A DNA stretch of 63,960 nucleotides, filler included, from Sphacelaria rigidula (lineage: Eukaryota), in assembly GCA_964200075.2 (NCBI GenBank). It is 9 parts of 9 records of this genome, joined end to end, with 100 filler letters (N's around TTAATTAATTAA, not from the genome) between each part and the next. Parts side by side here need not be neighbours in the genome. Positions count along the whole stretch, not along the records: positions 21,356 to 28,373 come from CAXNAA020016932.1; positions 28,474 to 35,491 come from CAXNAA020016933.1; positions 35,592 to 42,609 come from CAXNAA020016934.1; 6 more parts are not named here. One strand, 5' to 3'. The notes under the pieces were generated by a model. It saw only the letters and a program-made list of their open reading frames with translations. It did no database searches and was not told the DNA's origin. Below are positions 24,501 through 36,435 of the stretch, piece after piece (position 1 is the stretch's first letter; every line of letters begins with the position of its first letter). The translations under genes were made by a program, and so were the position numbers.

Positions 24501-25272
24501 CCCAGAAGCCGGTCGAATTCCAGGAGGTCACTGCGGTAAGTCTTCTGCAATATGCAGCCGCTGTGTTCATACCGTTTTGCGTTGCCACCTACTGTTGACG
24601 TGAGCATGAGATGATTTGTCCCCAATACGTGAGTTTCCGTTCGTGTGCTCACGGCACATGAGCAGTCGGACATTGTGGGGGACTATTCCGAGATGTCAGT
24701 CACCGCTGGCGTACAGTGAGGTTGTCTCTGGAGAAAGTTTACTCCTTCAGTTGATGATGCATTGCGCGGTATGTGTGGAAAGCTTCCCCGAGCCTGTATG
24801 TAAAATGTACCGTGTAAACTACACGCTGTTGTGTTGTTTTTTCATGTGTGCCCATGGTCGAGGGAGATCGAAGCTTGTACTTTCCATGGGTGCATGCAGA
24901 CAGTGGTGTGTTGCTTCGAGAAGTTTGAGCGCCGTCTGTTCTTGGGACGACTAATCTGTTGTGGAGTTGTGATCATGTCATGTCTCCAGTCCAACTGGCG
25001 TCTACAGAGAGTCGGTATATCTGGGGTATGCACGCTGTAACGATTCGTAGCGTGCATCGCATGGGAGGTGCCTCACTCATGTGAGACTCTGGAACTCGTG
25101 TGGAACCTCACTTCTAGTTTATCCTTTGCCTTGTGCGCTGGCTCTCACATCCCCACATATGATGCAGGACATGTCGAAGACGAACCTTCACAGCGAGAGG
25201 CGCATCGCTCGCAACGAGAGCAAGATCGCGGGTATTCGTCTTCGTCAGAAGGCCGACAAGGATGCCAAGTAA
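21574..25272 (+). CDS. RPL13: 60S ribosomal protein eL13, last five exons (N-terminus not in this contig)
   Basis: Exons: 21574-21624 ([17 protein letters not shown]), 22062-22133 ([24 protein letters not shown]), 24160-24291 ([23 protein letters not shown]...), 24470-24535 and 25168-25272 (stop). All introns are GT-AG, phase 0. The L13e signatures GRGF..EELK and GIAVDHRR are present. Confidence 0.97.
22665..23640 (+). mobile_element. Dispersed ~1-kb repeat with an internal foldback (family A), in the RPL13 intron at 22134-24159
   Basis: Collinear with 47855-48850 (GAGCACGG.GAGACGATA.ATACCCTCAC, TTACGAGCAGAGGCACTAGAT, CATACTAAAACGCCC). Internal inverted repeat at ~23320-23540. Confidence 0.8.
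23822..24105 (-). mobile_element. Second copy of the tRNA-derived SINE at 20041
   Basis: Minus-strand B box GGTTCGAATC (24099-24090). CCATGCCCAA, CCGACTT, TGCTGAACCC and GCGTAGA..GGC.TCCAGAA are shared with the first copy. Confidence 0.75.
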
Positions 25273-26999
25273 ATTTGAGATGGACGGCAAAATCTCAGGG
25301 GAAAAAACTTCGGGAATATCGTCGAAAACGATTGCCGTGGGTGATCTCTGCGTCATGTTAGTTTTTGTAAAGATTCCGAGAGGGCTTATGCCAAGTTTTG
25401 TACAGCAGCAGGGGTTCTTGTTGCGTGGTGAACAGCGGGCAATTTTGCTTGGGAGTGGAATTTGACTTTTCCAGGGCACTAACGATGAAAAAACTAACGA
25501 ATCCCGTAAAATTTTGTCGACTCCTGAGATAGTGGCCACCACTCGTGAGGCGCGGGGGAGGGGGAAGGCTGGTTGGCCTCCAACACCACGCCGGTTAGTT
25601 TCCGTCGTGGCCGTGTCACTTGAGAAAAATGCGGCTCACGTACTCCACATTGTGGTCGAGTGATGGCCCGAGCGAGAAACACCTGCCGACTGTCGCTCGT
25701 GTACCCACCAGGTTTTCATCCTCAATTACCCGACCGTTGCTGAAAACAAACGAACGTGGGAACTGTAGCACACGTGTGCTGCCTAGATGAGGCCCTACCT
25801 ACCATTTTATGCCGGGGTGAGGAAAGCTTTCATGTTATTCCCAGTAGTTTGATGTCACGCAGCGTTCCATGCACCATAGAATTCTGTAACTTGATGCGCG
25901 GCAGTCCAATCAAAAATCTTGTTTCTGTCAATCGATCCTGGAAACTGTGTGGAGGCAATGTCATCTCCACAGTGCTTGTTCTTGGTGATACCCACGAGTA
26001 CGACGGTCTCTTTAGCTTCAATTTTTGAGATCGTCCACATACGAAGCAGACGTAAATATTTCAGGAACACAGTAATACCTTATACGGGCAAAGTATGCTT
26101 TGCAAGACATCACCCAAGTAATCAGTCCAGGAAGGGCGCAAGATTCTTTCGCATTACTCTGTTATCGGTGTATAGAAAAGGTCCTCCCGAGTGCGGATTG
26201 GACTCTTCACGAACGTGATATCTTCCTTCATCCAAAGCTAGACACCTGAGGCGAGCGGTGGATCTTGACGCCTACGAAGTAGACCTCTTCATTTTTCAAC
26301 CTTCAGCAAGGATGGTTCCAAAAACTGTACATGATGAAGCTCGGAAGTGGTGCCAGTTACAACTGGCCATTATCATCACAAAAATGACGATAGGAATGGT
26401 TCCATGAAAAATTTGGGAATTGATGCCGAACAATCAATTACCGGTAAGAGGTACGCACGCTATAAACAGCCGTTGAAATTATCCCAAAATTGATGTACTT
26501 TCAGCTCAGGTGGAGCCTACTTGCGGACAACCGTGCCTCCAGCACCCCACCTCTAGACCATAGCATCCTAGATCATCGATATACCCTCTGCCGGGGGCTA
26601 TCTTTTCGACTCGCGGCTGCGCCGCCTGATGATCTAAACCATCATGTACCACATGGCTGGTTAGTGAGTGCGCTACGCGTGATCATTCACCCGATCAAAA
26701 ATAAGACAAGCCACTTCCGAGCTCTAGTAAGTGAGCTTAATGGCTGCGACGTCACCGACCCGGATACACCAATCGAGCATCAAGAACATCACAACCTCTC
26801 CCGTTTGGCTTCGATGTCTTGCCTGATGTATGCTTTGGTCGAGTGGGGAAGGCGAAGTCGCCCGAGTTTCTCAGGCTCTACTTACGACCTATACAAAGTG
26901 GAATTATTTCCTTCAAGGAGTTGTTCGCGGACGATACATTTGTAAGTTGTGGGTAGCCGTGATTTTTCGGACAATCGTTTGAGAAGGAGCATTTCTCAA

Positions 27000-28373
27000 A
27001 TGCAAAGAGAGTTGCGCAAGCGAAAGGAAACAACAGTGAAAACTAAAAAATGGAGTTGATACAAAATATGGGGTTGAAGGGGCATCTCTCTATTTCAGGG
27101 AAGACGCGAAACACTGAAAGCATCTGAGGAAACTGTTTAACAGCAATACAAAACTTTTGCGGAATCGGCATCGGACAGTGCTCGAAGAACGGGACACAAA
27201 TCGACGAGTTACCGTTCGTATTAGAAAACAATGCGCATGGAACGTCTTTGCAGCTTGGAATACACATTTTGATGGAAAGAAACTTCTCCGGGCCCTTGCG
27301 GGCCCCCATGTGTGATGTACCCGCCTGTTAAAGTCTTTCCTCGTTCATCGATGCCTGGCTGGGGGACGGGGAAGCCATCCTCCCTCCGGGTTTCAGAACC
27401 GCTTCAATTTTGTGCATGCAGATTATAAAAATCAAACTCTCTAGCTTTCACAGATCTTGCGACTTCGATGCAGTTGGTTACCGTCACCCATGATCTCCTG
27501 ACATCGGAATAATTATTACTCATGGGAAGCAACTCGTACTGTACCGAGCCGTCCACGCGACCAGCGTGCTGCAGATTGCCTATGCGCCACGCTAGCAACA
27601 GTTAGGTCACCACCAAAGGTATCTTTTTTCACTCCGCATGTCAAAAATGTCTCTACAATTGTTTGATCTCTCATGCACCCCCCTCAACTGGCGTGTGGCA
27701 CGCCATTCTGCTCGGGCGCCCGGCTGGGGGAGGTCGGCGGAAATCAACGATAAATAACACCCCCTAACTGCAAATTGGATATATCTGTTATTGCCGCAGC
27801 ACCGCCCTTCCTGGCCTGTGTGAGACAGAGAACAGTAGTAGCGATGACGGGAACATTGCCCTATTTTTCAACGACATGTTTTTCAGCGTACAGAGGCGCG
27901 TGCTGTCCAAAAGGAGAGGCGGAAAGAAATCGATTTTCGCGTCGACGACAGGCAAGAAGAGACGACGGAATCTTTCCGCAGCTTGGTGTTTCGGGACATC
28001 AAAATTTTGGGACATGCTGGTAAGATCGGTGAGGCCAGTCTCTCGAGAGTTTGGTAATCGCCGAGCGGGGACACACAAAGAACGCGGGCGAGGAGCTTCC
28101 TCTCTGTCGTTGCTTCTCTCTCTGGTGATATCGTCATCGACACGCGTGTACACCGCATGAGGTGCACCTATAGCCACAGCTGCTCAACTGCTGCAGACAT
28201 TTGGGGGGAAGATGACTTCGCTCGGTCGCTAGTGTTTCGCGTCTTCCCTGCAAAAGAGAGATGTCACTTTAACCTCATATTTTGTATGAACCCCATTTTC
28301 TAGGATTCACTGTTATTTCTCTTTTGCAGGGAAGACGCGAAACACTAGCGACCTAGCGAAGCTATTTCCCCCC
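27000..28373. mobile_element. Element remnant bounded by long inverted repeats; the right end is itself a hairpin
   Basis: 27028-27115 is an imperfect reverse complement of 28230-28318. 28203-28373 folds with ~55-bp arms (CAGGGAAGACGCGAAACACTAGCGACC). Confidence 0.6.
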
Positions 28374-31300
28374 NNNNNNNNNNNNNNNNNNNNNNNNNNN
28401 NNNNNNNNNNNNNNNNNTTAATTAATTAANNNNNNNNNNNNNNNNNNNNNNNNNNNNNNNNNNNNNNNNNNNNAAATTTCGCCTCGCCCTGATTGGACAG
28501 GTCGCTCCCAGACGTGTTTATTATTAATTTACTAACACATGGTGAACATTGTGTTCGTGAGCTTCAGTCCCAAAAGGGTTGAGGTGGGTTTCGCTTTTAT
28601 TGATCATCACTCATCTTCTTGTGGACCCCCTCCAACATCATCGCGGACCCTGGCCAACAAGGCGTTTTTCGAAATTTTTATAGCACCGCCACCGCCCACC
28701 TAGCGTAGGGCCGTCCTTGAGCCTATTGCCACCGGACCCCTCAGGTGGGACCTATCGATATCATGTGAAAAGCAGCAGCTTTGTCCATGTTACGGAAAAC
28801 GCCATCCTTGTTGAGCGGGTGTTACTGGGAGCAAGACCGCTTCTCATGGCAAACAAAAGAAATAAACTGTCAAACTGCCTTTTCGGTCCCTACACGTCGT
28901 TTTACGCTCTAGAAGGGGGCTACGCGGGTGTTGACACCTTTGAATGCTTTGCTCTACTCGTTGAGATGGTTCCCACACACATTTGCGTTTTCTGGTGGCC
29001 GTAATTTATTTTGCGAAACTCACATTTTGGTCCGAGAACGGTCAAGTCCAGACATTTTCTCTGGATTTGACCCTTGACCGTTGTTGGACAACATGCGATT
29101 TTGGCTGAACATGAAACTACGGTAACTGGAAGATGCAAGGGCGTCCTGGTATCGTCTCAACGAGTATAGCAAGCTAATGCGAGGTGTCAATATTCGCCTA
29201 GCCCTCTTTTAGGGCATGTGACGTCGCAGAAGGGTCAAAAAGGCAGTTTTACCGGATTTTTTCGCTTGTTTACCACAAGAAGCGGCCTGTGTAGGTGATG
29301 TGGATGCTCTGTGCACAAGAATCAAGATAATCACACGTATAGAAATTACTTGCTCATTGTGTGGGGCATGTAGCAACCCGGCAGCGAACCGCGGATTACA
29401 AAAAGGGTTCATGAAGCAGTTCTGCGCCGAAAGAAGAAGAAAAAGTTCGCAAACGAAATCTGACCTCTTTTCACTCCGGTGTATTGCAACGCCCCACCCC
29501 AGATTCAGCGACGTGGGGTTGTTGACTGTGGTTGTCATGAGATGTGGGCGAAGTTTCAGCGCCTTGCAGCGCCTGCAGCGTCCATGATGCCGTGCTTCTT
29601 GAACTGAGCACCTCTACAGGCGATACGCCCAGTCGTTTCGCACAGGTTGTCCTATCCAGAGAGTGTCCCAGTACAGATCTACGTTTGTTTCACAGCGCAG
29701 CAGCGTCCCAGGTGCTGATGGTGTCGAACTTAGTGGACGAGTGTATTCACATATGCGTGCACGCATTTCTGGGCAGCGGGGAAGCCGTTTTGAGGGCTTA
29801 TCCGCGGTTTTGTCGAAATTTGGTATTCGCGTCGATCAATATGTTGGCATAACGGAACGTGCCGGCGCGTGATGCACATACTATCAGTGTTGTGCCCGAC
29901 TAGTGCTCCAAGTTTCACAGTGGCTCCCAGCCGATATGGAGAAATCCACTGGCGAAGATGCGGTTAGAATGTGGGGAAGGACTGTAGTCTACCGTACAAA
30001 GATACGTCGTGCGGTTGCGCCGCTTATCCCACGCACGGAATCATACTCGCGGTGTATCTGCACTTTTTCGGCAACAGAGCAAAGGCCGGGAGAGTTGCAC
30101 TAGGGTTCGTGACAGCGTGGGAGTCAGGGTTTGGTGGATGGCCTTTGGATGCCTTACGGTGGTAATGGTATCGACAGCATCGCTCTTGGCAAATAGACGT
30201 GCCATGCAGATGCACATCCTGGACAAAAGATTACACTGTCAAAAATGTGCTGACTACAGTACGGAATCTGTTGTCTATTGCAATATACGCAATAATTGGT
30301 ACTGTACGCAGTACACTTGGCAACATAATCTAGCAGTCTTACGCCAAAAGAAAAAAAGTAAATATTCGGAACAGAATCCGACATAGTTTCGCCCCAATAC
30401 GCACGCAAACACCGCGCAACCCCAGATTCAGCAAGATGAGGTTGTTGCCTGTTGTCTATCTGACATGTGGTCGAAGTTTCAGCGCGTAAAAGCGTTGACA
30501 GCGCTTGCACGGCCGTGCCTCCTGAAGTGAGCACCTGTACAGGCGATACCAAGATAGGTACCGCGTAGAATGACATCATCCAGAGTGTGCCCAATACGGA
30601 TCGATGTTCGTTCGCCGAGGCAGGAGTGACCCAGCAGGAAGTGAGCGTATCTACGTGTCAACATATGCATCCACCGACGTCTCACGCAGTCTGGGCCGAG
30701 GGGACGGCGGTTTGAGGGCGTATCGATGGCATTGCCCAAAATCCGTGTTTTGCTTCGTGCGTCTGGCGCACCACGTAAAACGTGCCGCCGATTCGGGAAT
30801 ATGCTGTCTGTGTCATGGTCTACCTCTGTGCCAAGGTTCAGGCTGGTTCGAACAGACACGGCGGAGAAATCCACAAGCAAAGCAACGCTTGATTTGTACT
30901 GAAAATACATTACTAAACCCTGCTAAACCGTCGAAAGGTCAACGAGGTGCGCATGATTCCTGTATGCGGGCATCTTGGCAGTTGACTTGCTTTTATTTTT
31001 ATTTTTGGCGTAAGACTGCTAGTGTACGGGGTGTGTACAGATGCCAAATAGCGCAACATTTTGGGTGTGCGTTAGGGTCTTCATCCACACTGTCGGGGTT
31101 TGCGAACGTAGATTTTTCAATGTGTTGTTCGCAATTTGGCGCGTGTTCGGGACTCTCCAATCGAAGTCGGCCCTTTCCTCTCAGAACGAAGCGCCTCCAA
31201 AATTGAAAGAATGTAAATGTATGTGAGCAAGGGTTACAAGTCACTCTTGCTGGCCCGGGTGTAGCCCATGCCCACCGCCAGAGACGAGGATCTCCGAAGT

Positions 31301-34300
31301 AATATATGCAACATGCCCCTGAAAAAGGGCATACGAATGCTATATAGCATTTGTGGAACAGACAGGCATGTCAATATGAGCATTGCCCGCTAGCGAATGA
31401 AGGCCCATAGTCATTTACCGAGGACTGTTTTCGGGAGATTGAGAGTCTAGGATACGATTGAAATCGAGAAGCGGTCAATAAATGAAGGAGATAATTTCAG
31501 TTCCGAAATGCCTCTCCGAGCCTTTTACGAGGCCCGATGCGCTTTCTATTGTAGCTTGCCTCTGAAGCCGTTGATACCCCTGAGTATAATATCGACGTGT
31601 AGCTGTAAGCACACGACAGCGTTCCAGGTAACGAAATCACACACCTAGTGAAAAGCTGGTCAACTTAGAGCGAATAATATAGCTCATTCTCAATCAACGC
31701 TAGACCCTCATTCTTACGAAAACATTGGTCGAGGTTGTGTGCTGTAGGATATACACAGAAGTGACGGATGTTATTCCGGCATAGCACACCATACCCGAAT
31801 GTATAACGAACATCCCAGCATAGTTTCTAGGCGGAGTATCGACCCGTGCTCCGAACACTCCAGGTATGGTTCGGAAGGACATTTGCCGATGGAATACCTC
31901 TTTCGTACCTCTGTGAATACCCCAATTTCCAGCCCCTACAGGGGACAATCTGGAAATTTCCTTTTCCCGTCCTGCCCTCGGAATGCCTTGTGTGGCGGAA
32001 TTATCGGGCAACATACATCGTGACCACAAAGTCACGACCATGGGACGGCATGTAAGTCCACGTATCCCTCGGCATATTCATGAACCGTACACCTCTCGGA
32101 TAAAAAGTGAGCACTGTGAGCATGTGTCGTCCATTTTTGAATGAAATAATCCTACCCCAGCATTCTCAAGTCTATTCTCTGCCTTCACCGTCGAGATTTC
32201 GGACCTTTCTCTCCACCATCTTTTCACGTAACCCCAAACCGTTGCCATGATCCAACCAATCAGCGATCAGACATTAGGTGTCGGCACCACGACCGACTAC
32301 CCTTCGGCGTCGTTCGATAGCCGGCGATTGCCTGCGTTTTCAAACGTACCACCGGAGAAGGAAGCATGCCCAGCAAACCCTCTATCGCCGACTCCATCGT
32401 TAATACCGCAAACCTCTACTTCCACAAGCCTGACGGTGATGTAAATTATCGCACACTACCTGATTCCCGACGTATCCAATCCTGGTCACAAGATGGGCGT
32501 ACCCCCGACGTATCAATTCTTGATCCATATATCCAGCCGACACTTACTCACACATGCCTCAATTCAATTTGCGTGTTCCCCCAGACAGAGTCTCAGCTTG
32601 GCGTGAGCCTCCGCACCTACGGGGCTGTGTTGTGGTCTCAGTAATGGGTAAAACTCCGCAGCTGCGGGGTTGAGGATGTGGAGTTGAACACTGTCGACAT
32701 AGCCCACCAGCTAATCTGTGTACTGCATCACCGCTGACACAGGGCCCGGACTATTCAGTCGGTCATGCCGCTCTCTTCTATTCTGTAGAGGGAAGCAGTT
32801 GCTCGCGTCAGCTCAGCGACTAATATTGGGCCATACCCTTATGTTCGAGTCTCGGTTTCGTAAGTGGGAGTGGTCGCCACTGAAGATCGGATCCGGATAT
32901 TTTCTGCCCCTTGACAAGGTTCCTGGGACGGGGAGAGCACTTGAAGCTTGGTCTGTATGGCCTGCAGATCTGCGATAAGCTCGATGAGATCTTTGTGCGT
33001 GTCAGTTGGTTCATGGTTGGACGACGTGCCGCTTGAATCGTTCCCGTAGTTTTACGCCACCTGCACCCGGGTCGTATGCCACGAATACTAGAGGTTTCAC
33101 GGCCTGAGTCGCCGCGTTACTGAAAAGAATGGTCTATACGACTTGCGCGTGGCTGATGTCGGTCCCGGTGAATACTGCCGGGAGACGTACAATGCCAAGG
33201 GACTCGATGGTGAGGATGTCCTCCCGGGAGCACATAGGTGCGCCTTGTTCCTCCTCAGGAGTCGAGGCATTTCTGTTCCAACTCCCCTAGTCTCCCACAC
33301 CCCCGCTTCATGTAGTGTTTTATGCTGTCACCATTTCACCTAGAAGGCAACGCTTTACCGTAGCGACTGAACATATCTCGAGCCAATTTTACGTTGGGTG
33401 CAGCTTGGTTATCTGCACCAGTACCTACGCCTCTAGTGCTGGGTGCTCCCGCATTGTCCCCATTGGTATCATGGACTGCGGTGGGGGACCCCAGTTTCTC
33501 CGTTACCGTCCTGGCGTCGACAAACCTCAGGATCATAGTTGGGTCGGCAGGCTTGCGGTTGTTGTTTTCAGCGACTTGAGCTTCCAGCGTTGCATTATTC
33601 CTGCTTCTGTAGGGCGGAATCCTCAAGGAGTTCCTAGAGTGTTCGTGAACCCGATACTACCGATGCAGACCGCAGGCAATAAGTGAAACCTCGTGGTAGA
33701 CTCCGCCCACGGTAATGCATGACTTGGACACGGGTCAAGCTGCAAGCAGTTGAGTGGAAGAGGGCGTGAGTGTGTTTGTGCTGCAGTACGGTGATACGTA
33801 GCATGTCCCATAGGTTTTATTTTTACCCGATTTCGAACAGATTCTCAATGTTGGTCGGGAGTTCAAAATCGCATGCTCATTTTAATCAACCACCCGCTGA
33901 CCGAAGAAAAATCTCGTCGGGGTTACTTTGCTTCAAGTCGTGGCTATTTTTGTTCCATAGCGTGCGGCTTCTCACATTTCGTTCAAAATCCGGCGCGATT
34001 TGATTTCGAGCGAGTCCCATAAGAGTTGGTCTCATTATTATCGACAACAAAATATTTTTTTAAGGCAGCTTGGGGTTAGCAACGCCGACGAAACTTGTCG
34101 GACTGATACGACTAAATTAACGATAGGATCGGATGCGCGGCTCAAAGCTCGACGGTCAATACTCACTTGCTCGCGCGCTCCTCTCTCGCTTCTCTCCCTT
34201 CCCTTACCCATTGCTACTCACTAACTAACCAATCCGTGTCGAACACATTCGTTGCAAATGTGTCGACGCCATCTTATCCAGGGAACAAACGGGACGACGT

Positions 34301-35628
34301 GAGCAAGATTGTAAGTAATTAGAAAATTATCTCGAAGACGTGATGTGAAGGTGTAACGGTCATTTTCGCTCAGGGCCTTTTGCTAATGTCGCCTTTTTGT
34401 GGCTGGTCATACCCAACTCATAAAGTCCACGATTAGTCCAGTTGTAGAGAAGGCACCATCATAGTTCCAGGTAATCTGTGAAACTCTTTCACGCCCGTAC
34501 CAGTTTGTTGAAGGGCGGCGAAATCAGATGAAGGTGGCCAATGGAGGCAAGCGAGGAATCCAGTCTGAGGTTGAATTTGACTTTGGTCCTGGCAGCTCTA
34601 GCGTGCCTCGTAACATATTCTATCTCGGATGCAATGTGCTGATACTGGGTATGCTACGTATGTTTAGCTTCGCCAACGGGTTCACTCATCGCTTGTTCTG
34701 ACCATCGTTGTGTTTTCAGCCGCAGTTGGAAATTGGCATATGCGTCGGTACAATCGACACACTTGAATTTTACTTCGTCGCCATTTCAACTTCGATCGTT
34801 TGTGCGCTGTGGCCGGTGAAATCGATTCAATTTCCTTGGATTATGCAGTTTTTGAGATACCATCAATATGTGACACCGGAGTTCTAATACATTCGTTTGC
34901 GGATCTTTTTTTTTCTAACGCGTCTTCTTTTCAAGAGGGCTGTGAAAAGTAGTAGCTACTGAGCACAAAATTGGCTCAAAATTGTTGGACCTTGTGTGCA
35001 CAGTGTGACACTCCCGACATCCCGGCGGGAAAAAATGGTATATTCTCGATTTTCTAAAAAAACGGGATCCCACTGCGCTGCCTTGGTTCCGAAATATCTT
35101 GATTTATTTCCGTTAGCACGAGTTTCGTTGGCCAGCGGCCATTTTTTTTCCCAGAAAAGTAAGAAGTGTCAAGTTGTCGCCGACGGGGGCGTGCACCGTG
35201 TTGTACGGAAATTCAGTGAATATTTTCATCACCTGAAAGCTCACTCTATTTCCCGGCGCCTTGGTTATGAAATGCGACCTCTCGATATCTTGCTCAATAT
35301 TGTAAGCCACCCAACGAATTTATACGAGCTGGGTCAGCCAACAGTGGGTAGGTTTCGCGCTCAGGCCACGCACGGCGTAAAATGAAGAGTTGGAGGCTGA
35401 ATTTTTGACAGCAGCTTCTTTTGATCGACCTGCAGAACATCCCGAGTGCAGCAATAATAATAATAGTAATAGTAATAATAATAGTAATAATNNNNNNNNN
35501 NNNNNNNNNNNNNNNNNNNNNNNNNNNNNNNNNNNTTAATTAATTAANNNNNNNNNNNNNNNNNNNNNNNNNNNNNNNNNNNNNNNNNNNNCCCCCCCCC
35601 CCCCCCCCCCCCCCCCCTCGCCCACTTC

Positions 35629-35663
<35 letters not shown>

Positions 35664-35711
35664 CCCGCCCGCCCCCCCCTCCTCCCGTATATATCACACA
35701 AATCACATTAC

Positions 35712-36364
35712 CTTGTCAATGTAACCACGCCCCGAGCCCTCATCGGCACCGAGCCACTCCTCAAATCCTCTTCGGCGGCGTCCAGCGCAGCGAGCATGCG
35801 TGCGGTGCGCGATGCCTTCGACGTCGAGTCGCCGCTACCGCCCCCTCCGCCGCCGTCGTTTTTCCCGCCGGAGCTGGGACTCGCCACTGCGCCCTTGACC
35901 CGGTCTCTCTCTTGGCGGCGCTGTTCGGGTGTGAGTCCACGGCTTAGGATGGAGGCGCACAGCATGGAGGACATCTCTGCCACCTCTGTATTGCGGTGTC
36001 CGGAGGCTAGCCCCTGTGCAAGTGCGCGACACAGGGTTACGATTTTTAGAGTGTTCTAAAACTGGAGGGGACGGGACAGGGTGACCCGTGATGTGGACGA
36101 TGTAGTGAGTGCACAGGTGAGGTACACGTGTACTACGGGGTAAGTAAATTAACAGATGGAACGGATACAGAGATTGTTGGTGTGGTGGAGAGGAAGATTG
36201 GTGAGCAAGGAAAACGGGGGGTTTGCCTCCTGTGCAGATGGTTGTGCAAATGGTACCTACATGACAGAATCACACCATCACGAACACCGACACAACGACA
36301 ACTTCCGCTGCTAATGCTCCTCCTATACTTACCGCTAGTACTAGTACTAGCAGTAGCACTACTT

Positions 36365-36435
<71 letters not shown>

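Noticed and set aside
25750-27000. Coding-like minus-strand stretch downstream of RPL13
   Set aside because: Multiple stops and no recognisable domain.
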